IMG/VR virus record: IMGVR_UViG_3300010429_000979 | Span: 17,314-81,313 of that record | Origin: a virus | Lineage: Duplodnaviria; Caudoviricetes | Length of the DNA stretch: 64,000 nt | Reading direction: 5' to 3' (one strand) | Shown: piece after piece, positions 10,509 through 19,900 of the stretch | How positions within the stretch are numbered: the first letter of the stretch is position 1 | Layout of the letters: each line of letters opens with the position of its first letter | Translations under genes and position numbers: made by a program | The notes under the pieces: model-generated | The model's database searches: none | Told to the model about the DNA's origin: nothing | What the model saw: only the letters and a program-made list of their open reading frames with translations

Positions 10509-12245
10509 ATGGCCAAGATAAATAATCCTTGGGTAAATTACGTTACTCGGTCTTTTTCTGATATAAAATCATCAGTACTGAACAGGGTAAAAACCCAATG
10601 CCCGGAAATAACAGACCTCAGTGATTCAAACATCCTCGTTATCATCATCAGTATCTTTGCAGGTATTGCTGAGATGTTGAATTACTACATTGACAACATG
10701 GCAAGGGAATCTTACATTGGCTCTGCTAGAAGGCTCTCTTCAATCCTTAAGATTGTCAGGCTGATCAATTACAAAGTAAAATCCTCAATCGCTGCTAGCT
10801 CTGACCTAACACTAAGTCTGGTTGGGGAAGATGGTAATCCAGTTGAAACCCAGTCACAGATAACTATCCCACTTGAAACCGTATTCTCAACTGCCTCGGG
10901 GTTAGTCTTTATCTCAACTGAGTCAGCCACTATTGAGATAGGGGAAACAGGTACAACAGTTAAGGTAAAACAACATACATTAGCAAGCCTCCAACTAATC
11001 GGTACAGGAAACGGTACTGCATTCCAATCAATCTACCTGCCTTCAGATTATGAACATGGCTCATGTGTAATTACTATAGACAGCGTAACCTGGACATACC
11101 GGGATTTCTTAGATGTCTCTGGGCCAACAGATAAGCATTACACCACAGAGGTTGATGATTATGGTTTAGCATATATCAAATTTGGAGATGGTGTTAACGG
11201 TCTTAAGCCCGATACAGGCCTAAGTATTTATCTTACCTACTACCGTACTTCAGGAGCATCTGGTAATTCAAACATAGATACGATCACCAGTATCGATTCC
11301 AATATTGCAATACCTAATCAGACTCCCGTTATTTCAGAGATACTGGCTACTAACCATATCGCTGCTTCAGGTGGCAGGGATACTGAAGGGTTAGAGGTTA
11401 TTAGGAAGTTAGCCCCACTCAGTCTAAGGACATTGAACAGGGCAGTAACTCGTCAGGATTATATTGACATAGCTAAGTTGGCTCCAGGAGTCGATAAGGC
11501 CAGCCTCTATTTCGAATGTGGTAAGAAGGTAGAGGTATACATAGCCCCGATGGGTGGAGGTGTTGCTTCTATCCAGCTATGTAATGACACTAATGATTTC
11601 ATCGATGAGAAGAAGATGGTTACTACTTTCGTATCAGTTCTTCCTACTGGTGAAACTTATATTGGTATGTCAATCTCAGTAACTGGCAAATTCCGGGTAC
11701 CATCTATCCTTATCGAACAGGACATCATCACTGAATTAACTCAGGCCTATTCCTATGTCAACAGTGATATCAATAAACCAGTAAGAACATCAGACATCAT
11801 TGCATTGGTTGATAACTTGGAGAAGATCGATTTCCTTGAACTGACAGAGATATATCAGATACCCTATGCAAGGCCTAAGGTTCAAACCTTACAGGAATTG
11901 GTATGGGAAAGAAAAGTAATGACTGGCTCAACCGATACTCATGAGTGGAGGTTAGTTTTTCAAGAAGAGCCAGTCTATGGCGATAGTTATTTCAGAGTAT
12001 ACCGGGATAAGGTCTGGAAGAAAAACCTGGCATTCGGTGATTGGTATGACCCCGCCCCAACATCTTTCACTGAATTGAATTTCCTAATCCTTGCTGCTGA
12101 TAACGCTGGCTTAGAGAATGGGGATACCTGGTTATTTAAAACTTACCCCTATAACAAGGACTTAGTCCTTACGGATTTCACTGTACCCATTATCAGGTCA
12201 CAGGATATCATTTTGACAATCACTGAACAAAACTACATCGTCTAA
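10509..12245 (+). CDS. Baseplate J-like wedge protein (T4 gp6-like)
   Basis: IKFGDGVNG, ASGGRDTEGLEVIRKLAP and RAVTRQDY motifs. Confidence 0.88.
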   Translation: MAKINNPWVNYVTRSFSDIKSSVLNRVKTQCPEITDLSDSNILVIIISIFAGIAEMLNYYIDNMARESYIGSARRLSSILKIVRLINYKVKSSIAASSDLTLSLVGEDGNPVETQSQITIPLETVFSTASGLVFISTESATIEIGETGTTVKVKQHTLASLQLIGTGNGTAFQSIYLPSDYEHGSCVITIDSVTWTYRDFLDVSGPTDKHYTTEVDDYGLAYIKFGDGVNGLKPDTGLSIYLTYYRTSGASGNSNIDTITSIDSNIAIPNQTPVISEILATNHIAASGGRDTEGLEVIRKLAPLSLRTLNRAVTRQDYIDIAKLAPGVDKASLYFECGKKVEVYIAPMGGGVASIQLCNDTNDFIDEKKMVTTFVSVLPTGETYIGMSISVTGKFRVPSILIEQDIITELTQAYSYVNSDINKPVRTSDIIALVDNLEKIDFLELTEIYQIPYARPKVQTLQELVWERKVMTGSTDTHEWRLVFQEEPVYGDSYFRVYRDKVWKKNLAFGDWYDPAPTSFTELNFLILAADNAGLENGDTWLFKTYPYNKDLVLTDFTVPIIRSQDIILTITEQNYIV

Positions 12246-12925
12246 TGGTTAATTTCACAAATTGGATATTCGATAGGTTTCCTCGGAGATTTAAAATCGA
12301 AGACTCTTATAAGGATGCCGATGGTAAAGGTCTCCTAGAAAGGATGATGGGTGTGATTGGTGATGAACTCGATGAAGAGATTATACCACTCATTGAAGAT
12401 TACCAAGTCCAACAAAACCCAATCACTTGCGATAGTAAGTTCATTAACCTTATCGCATTCTTTTATGGGAATCCTCCAAGTCCATTATCATACGAAGACC
12501 TATATAGGAAACTTCTGAGCAAGATAACAGAGGTCAATAAGATCAAAGGAACTGAAGCCTCATACGTTCTGTTCTTTAAACTTATTGGCCTTGATGTTGC
12601 TGTAAGGGAAGTACCATTGGTTGATTACAGATATGACAAGGATAACATTAGGTATGATAATAATGAACACCTAAGGTATGATATGAACTGCCCACCTTGT
12701 TCTGGTTACTATCTAGACATCCTAGACCATGATAACCTTTACCCAGAGTTCATCCACAACCCAATCGATCCAGAAATCTTTAAGCTCTTGATGTCCATGA
12801 TACGGTATTGCGAACCTATCAATGCTAGACTAATTGAGGTAACTTATGATGACACACCATTATACCTTGGAGGTAGCTATGATATCGATTATTCATTCAG
12901 CTATGACAGGATAAGAAGAAGATAA
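12245..12925 (+). CDS. Tail protein I-like baseplate wedge protein
   Basis: Follows the J-like gene; KIKGTEASYVLFFKLIG motif. Confidence 0.7.
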   Translation: MVNFTNWIFDRFPRRFKIEDSYKDADGKGLLERMMGVIGDELDEEIIPLIEDYQVQQNPITCDSKFINLIAFFYGNPPSPLSYEDLYRKLLSKITEVNKIKGTEASYVLFFKLIGLDVAVREVPLVDYRYDKDNIRYDNNEHLRYDMNCPPCSGYYLDILDHDNLYPEFIHNPIDPEIFKLLMSMIRYCEPINARLIEVTYDDTPLYLGGSYDIDYSFSYDRIRRR

Positions 12926-12926
12926 T

Positions 12927-13925
12927 ATGGCAAGGACACTAGACCAAAAATTCGCGGAATTAACTCTACTGATCAATAGTATCCTTGTTGTAAATGAGAC
13001 TGGCGATATTACCCCACCACGTCACAAATCGATAGTAAACAATTTTAAGGAACTCGTTCAGTGGTTAAAGGTATCTGAGAACTTAGATGCAGCAGATTAC
13101 GTTCAAGAAACAGAAATTGAGTGGAGTCGGTTAATCGTAGGGTTCACATTAGATAATGGTCATGTCTGTGAAAATGATGAGACAGTGTTACTCACAAACC
13201 AAACCAATCTCACAGAGAATGGTATCTGGCAAGTTCGGGTAGCAGGAGAACCAACCAGGCCTACTAACTTCACACCACTAGCCGACCAAGATGGTTGCAT
13301 GGTGCTGATAACCAAAAACATTGGAGAAGATAACTTTCTCTTTAAGATTCAGGTATCTGGTTATAAGGTACTTGTTTTCCCCTTAATCTGGTCATCAGGA
13401 GTAGGTCACTTACAGAATACAGATGTCTACTTAAATTACGGGGGTATCTTCCAAGTCTCTGCTCAAGAGATCTGGGAACATATCCATTCAACCATGTCAC
13501 CTCAGGAAATCGATATCACGGATTTAACTGAGATTGACCTTACCCCATACCCAGACGCAAGATACTTCCTACTCTATTCAACAAATGAACAGGAAATTAT
13601 CAGTAGCGTTATTGATAGTAACTCATCAGAGGGAAAACAAATAACCCTGAAGCCAAGAGATAATGGTTTATGGGTAATACTAAGGGAGGCTCTTGCAGAA
13701 GATACGCCTCTCAAACTTCTCACTGGAGTGGATTTCATTATGAAGGAGAAATCACATTACAGTGAATTCAGATTTACGAACGAGGCCTGGTCACAAGCTG
13801 CTGGACTCGGGATTAGAGATATAGTTATGATCGGGGAGAATTGGAGAATGCGTGATGTTAATGGTGCAATGGTTATAGAGAAATACGATAATGGTGATTG
13901 GGTTGAAATGTCAAATTTAAGTTAA
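12927..13925 (+). CDS. Tail-fibre-associated structural protein
   Basis: VLLTNQTNLTENGIWQV motif seen in phage fibre proteins; position after the baseplate. Confidence 0.55.
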   Translation: MARTLDQKFAELTLLINSILVVNETGDITPPRHKSIVNNFKELVQWLKVSENLDAADYVQETEIEWSRLIVGFTLDNGHVCENDETVLLTNQTNLTENGIWQVRVAGEPTRPTNFTPLADQDGCMVLITKNIGEDNFLFKIQVSGYKVLVFPLIWSSGVGHLQNTDVYLNYGGIFQVSAQEIWEHIHSTMSPQEIDITDLTEIDLTPYPDARYFLLYSTNEQEIISSVIDSNSSEGKQITLKPRDNGLWVILREALAEDTPLKLLTGVDFIMKEKSHYSEFRFTNEAWSQAAGLGIRDIVMIGENWRMRDVNGAMVIEKYDNGDWVEMSNLS

Positions 13926-13926
13926 T

Positions 13927-16900
13927 ATGAGAAAAATATTTTTCCTTATCTTATTCCTAGTACCTCTCCTGAGCTACTCCCAATATTATAAAGTAACCAG
14001 AAACCTCAATTCAGATGCGGGGTTTGTTGGTGTTAATACGAACACTGGCGATGGTGCTTCAGAAACGATAATGCTCATAAGAGATACAGATACAATGTAT
14101 ATGAGGATGGGTAAAGATTCATCATATATCTTTACCGAGAAGCCACTGTATTTCTTCGGAGAGTATTTACAGATACAGCAGGACTTCGTCCTTAAGAAGT
14201 TTGCTTCTTCAGATACAATGGTCCTGATTGTTAAACCAAATGGATATGTAGATACGATTAGTTTAACCAACCTATTCAATAGCGAATCTGGTACAGGAGG
14301 TATCTTTATATCATACTGTGATGGTTGTACTCCAGATACTGGATTTATCTTTCTCGGAGATACCCTTATTATAGATACTGCCGGCGGGTACTGTGAATCA
14401 TTCATCAGGAACGATACCCTATTCTCTTGTGACACTACAGTGATAGGGGCTACAGGATATTGGGCTAAGTATGATGGTATGTATCTCACTCCTAAACAAG
14501 GAGAGAATGTGGTAATTGGATCATCAGAGAAACGGCCCAGATCAAAGCTTAATGTTAATGGTGGTGTATTCGTAAGGAAATCAGTACACTCTTATGGAGG
14601 ATCAGGTGATGTTACCAGTAGTGGCGTTGGATCTGTTAATGCTGCAGATGCCCTAATTATCTCGAGATGGGTTAATGGCAGTATACCTTGGAACGATAGT
14701 TTATATGAGGCTGATGCTTCCGGGAATAATATCATCACGTACAATGAGGTTATTGGTCCTATGTTATTTTTTACTGGTCAGATACCAGACCTTAAAGCTT
14801 GGGCCAGATGGGTAGAGGCTAATTCAGTACAACAGTTCAGAGACAGTACTACCTATATCTATAAGGGCCTTACAATCAGTCCAGCTAAAAGGGGATATAC
14901 CCAAGCCACGAGTTACGGAAACTCTGGCCTTTACGTTGATGGGAAAGTCTGGTTACCCACAGTAGGCCAAACAATAAAATTCGATAGTATCTATGTCCAA
15001 GATACTTCTGGTAAAGTAATGACAGTACACAAGAGCCTAGTAGCCCAAGCTAATGGTATAGATAGTTTATATATTGGATTCTGTAATGGCTGTACTCCTG
15101 ACTCAGGTTGGTATTATAATGGCGACTCATTAATCATTGATACAGTAGATAGGTACTGTCCCACGTATTATGCCAATGATACCCTATATGGTTGCGATAC
15201 AGTAGCTCTTTCAATGAACGGATACTGGGTAAAGGCCGGAGATCTACTATTCCCCTATCAACCCCAATTAGCCGTTCGGATTGGTCCTGCGAATTATATG
15301 CCATCTGCTTCGCTATTTGTAAACTCCGTCAGTGGTACTAGCTTGATCTCACAAACGAACTCAAGTTATGGTAGCTCTGTTTCTGCACAAAATCAAAATA
15401 CCACTGGTGGTGCAGGTATAACTGCTGGGGGTTATATAGGTGTAAGTGGTGGTACCACAAGTAATACTGGTTTAGGGGGATACTTTACAAATTGGCAACC
15501 AGAACCCAGTCGGCCAGTAGTAGAGATACATTCTAACGGTGGTAAGGGCTTATTCTTTAATTTGGCTAATTCTGGCTCATACCCAATCTCAGGTGAAGGT
15601 ATCTTATTACAAAGGGGGGCAACTGGGACAAACACAATTTCCGGAACGGGTTTTAAAATAAAACAAGTTAATATTGATAATCCCCTGAATGTGACTGGTT
15701 ACATGTCAGAATATTATAAGGGGAACACCAGAGTTTCATCAGTTGACGTGAATGGAAATACTTATGCAAGAGGAACCATGAAGGTGGGGAATATGCCTAT
15801 CCTATCTGGTACAACTGATACAGCAGTAGTCTGGGATTATAATGACAGCACATATAAACTTAGGAAGGTCGCCGGTGGTACTGTTGGGGCATTAACTTAT
15901 GCTGACACACTTACTGATATCGCTACACAATATGATTTAACACAAGTAATCAGTATCGAATCAGACCCAATCTGGATTTCAGATAGCATTGATTACCTGC
16001 ATAAATCAGATACAAATACCAAGGTGTCAAGCCGTTACTGGGTTAATAACCAGGGATTCCTGAAAGTAGAAGGTGATGCTTCTGTATCTAATGAAGGTTC
16101 TTTGAATGTCATTACCACTAACACCTATCCATCAATCAACAGTAACACCTCTGGAAGTACACCAATCGAGATAAGGAATGGTCCAGCTGTAGGATTAACA
16201 TGGAACAACCCCGGTAATTATATTAAGATAGATATCGATACCACTAACATTATCCTTTCAAAACAGCTAGCATCTAGAACATATCAGAAAATTACTGACA
16301 CATCTACGAAGGATGCCACAAGGTATTGGGTAGGACAACAAGGATTCTTAGTTAGCGAGGTTGATGGCTCTACCTCAAATGAGATCCAGAACCTTTCATA
16401 TAACTCATCAACTCATGCCATCGATATCGATAAAGCAGGGACTTCTGCTATTATACCATTAGCCACAACATCAAATAGCGGATTGCTTACATCGGCTCAA
16501 GCTACTATCCTATATAGCGATAGTATAAAGTGGGCTGCTAAAAAGGATTATGGATTTGCTGATGTAACAGAAACCACGATCTCATTCAATGATGCTACCC
16601 ATATCTTTACTCTTGCACCAGTCAGTACCACATGGACCTATATGAGAGCAGGTAAGGTATATACGATTACTGGAAGTAAGACAGTTAACCTTGATGATTC
16701 ACCAGGGGGATTGGTTAATGGCTCAACCTACTTCATTATCATCGACAATACAACAGGAACTCTTACAGCCTCAACAGATGCCTGGACACTAGCAGATACC
16801 AAAGTTCCGGTAGCTACGATCAGATGGCATGGTGGACGCTATCCTAAATACTTTCTAGCAGAGGAAAGGCATCAAGCTGGATTCGGTAGGATGGTACATA

Positions 16901-19900
16901 GGAACCTTCACTTCACCAGGGGGGCTCAGATGGTATCCGGGGGATTGGTTGCTGATGCTATTGTTAGTGGTACAACGAATGATGATAACACAATTAGCAT
17001 AACCGATGCTACTATAGCTGATGAGGATTTATTTATTCTTGCAACGTCATTACCTGATGGTGATGGTGCTGGAGGTGACTATCTTACCATGTATCATAAT
17101 GGTGGTAGTTGGACATGGGACACTACGGATATGCCCTATAAGTTTGCTGCTGGTGGATATATCTATTACGATAACGGAACTGATAGTGTAGTAGGGGGTA
17201 ATAACAAATTCTATAACTCATATCTTGCTATCACTGACTGGGTAGGACAAGGCAGGCATATCATCTTTCTAGGTCGTGGAGAATTCAATTCGGCCACTGC
17301 AGCATATTCAGAGAACCCCTTTAACTTTGATTGGACCGGTATACCTATTCAGGAAATCGTTACCATTTATCAGATGACCTGGGAAAGTGGTAATGCCTAC
17401 ACTACAAAGGGTAAGGTAAGACTTACTAGATTACCTCAAAGGTTATTCGGAACGATCTCTACTACTGTGGGGAGTACACCAACCGTAGTTGCCAATACTC
17501 CACTCTATGGAAATGGTAGCACGGGATCACCATTAAGTATCGATACATTATCTGGACAAGGAGTTGCAACACAATACGATCTTGCTATCCACACACAACC
17601 CATAAGCAGGGTTACTGGTTTGCAGGATAGTTTAACTCGCATCCATGATACTATCGATAACTATATCCCAAAATATATCGTTGACGCAGCTGGCGATTTA
17701 GTCGTGGGAACGGGGAATAATACCATCAAGAGGTTAGCAAGAGGCTCAGCTGATCAGGTCCTCAAGGTTAATGCGGGTGGTACTGATATAGAGTGGGGAG
17801 CTGCAGCAGCTTCAATGGTTTATCCGGGAGCGGGTATACCAGTAAGTACTGGGTCAGCATGGACCACCTCGATAACCAATAACTCCGCAAATTGGAATAC
17901 CGCATACGGTTGGGGAAACCATGCGTCAGCAGGTTATGATAACAGTGTTACCAATGAGGGTAGCTTATCTGTAGGTTCGGGAACTGGCTCAACAAGTGTA
18001 ATAAACAGTAACACAAGTAGCAGTACCGGGATAACTTTGACAGCCGGAACCGGTTTAGGTATTGCAGAAAATGTTGGAGCATATTCCATAACACTGACCA
18101 ATACCAGCCCAGACAAAACAGTTAGCTTAACAAATGGTACTGCTATAAGTATCACCGGTACATACCCAAGTTTTACAATTAATAACTCTAGCCCTGACCA
18201 AATCGTTGCCCTGACTAACGGTACTGGTATAAGCATTACCGGTACTTATCCAAATTTTACTGTAACAAACCTTGTCCCAGACAGTTCATCTAAATATATT
18301 CCTAAATATGTGATAGACGCTGCAGGAGATCTGATAGTTGGTACCGGGAATAATACCTTAAATAGGTTGGCTAAAGGAAATGCTCTGCAAATCCTAAGAG
18401 TCAATTCTGGAGGTACAGCATTGGAATGGGCTGATGTTGCAGCAGGTGGGGTAACATCAGTATCTGGAACATCACCAGTAGTATCATCAGGGGGGAATAC
18501 TCCAGCCATCTCGATCAATTCAGATACCCTCACATCCTGGAGAGGGAAACAGAATCATGGGGAAACTGCTTATGGTTGGGGAAATTGGGCAGGACATACC
18601 CAAGCCATCTCAACAGTAAGAGGGTTGCAGGATAGTTTAACGGATAAGATCAATAGTATCAATGATATTGGTACTGGCCCAGGAAAGGTATTCCATTCTG
18701 AATCCGGTGGAAATGTTTACCTACGTTCAATCTATGGAGGAACTGGTATAGCTGTTGTTAATATGCCAAACTATATCGAGGTATATAATAATGGGGTAAC
18801 AGGTTTATCAGGAACATCGCCTATCGCTGTCAGTGCCAGTACTGGATCTATCGCTGTTTCGATCAAGGCTGATACCTTGACTTCCTGGAGAGGAAAACAA
18901 AACCACGGAGAGACGGCATTTGGCTGGGGTAATCATGCAAGTGCAGGATATTTAACATCACAAACATCTCATACAGATGTGGTAGTGGATGGAGACTTTA
19001 CCTCAGAGGGGCTAATGAAAAGGGGAGCTAGTGGAGGTACTTATTCAATCGTAACTGATAACTCTGCTAACTGGAATACAGCATACGGCTGGGGAAATTG
19101 GGCAGGTCATACCCAAGCTATATCCACTGTGACAGGTTTACAAGATAGCCTTACCCGTATCCATGATACCATTGATAATTATATCCCGAAACATATCATC
19201 GATGCTGCAGGCGATTTAATCGTGGGATCATCTAATAATGTCCCAGTAAAACTAGCTAAGGGTAATGCATTACAAACTCTTAGAGTAAATTCTGGTGGGA
19301 CTGCTCTAGAGTGGGCTGATCCAAAACAGTACTGGACACTGGGAGGTAATGTAGTCTCATTAGATCCGAACTACGAATTAGAGATGGTCAATTCGGCACA
19401 GGGTACTTCACTGGTACGTATCAGTAATGATGTTGCCTCAGTTGAAGATGGCGGACATTCCAGAGGGCTTCAAATAGAGATACCAGCAGATAACACCCAA
19501 AGAACCTTTACATACATACGATACGGTTTATATATTAGTAACTTAGCTGAGAAGAACCATCAAGTTGGTATTTACAATACCTCACAACTTAGCCCCACTT
19601 CGACCAATTACGTGGGGTATCAGGGATACATAGCTGGTCAGAATGGAAGAACTATGCTACTTACAGGTGGCTCTCCAACATTCGAAGTATCAAATGCCCC
19701 GTATACTGCCGCAAAGATAAGTGGTCACCTTAACTTCAGTTATGCAGGAGGAGGAGGAGCTTCAACATTTGATAGCGTCTGGGTGAAATCAACAGTATCT
19801 CCGTATAACACTTACCTTGTCCATAAATCATTGATAGGTACTGGTAGTGGGTTAGCTTGGTCAGATACCTTAACTAAGATTGCTACGGCCTATGATCTAA

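Noticed and set aside
732-13925. Extracellular contractile injection system or T6SS rather than a phage
   Set aside because: It is contiguous with a tape measure, lysis genes and a full phage replication module
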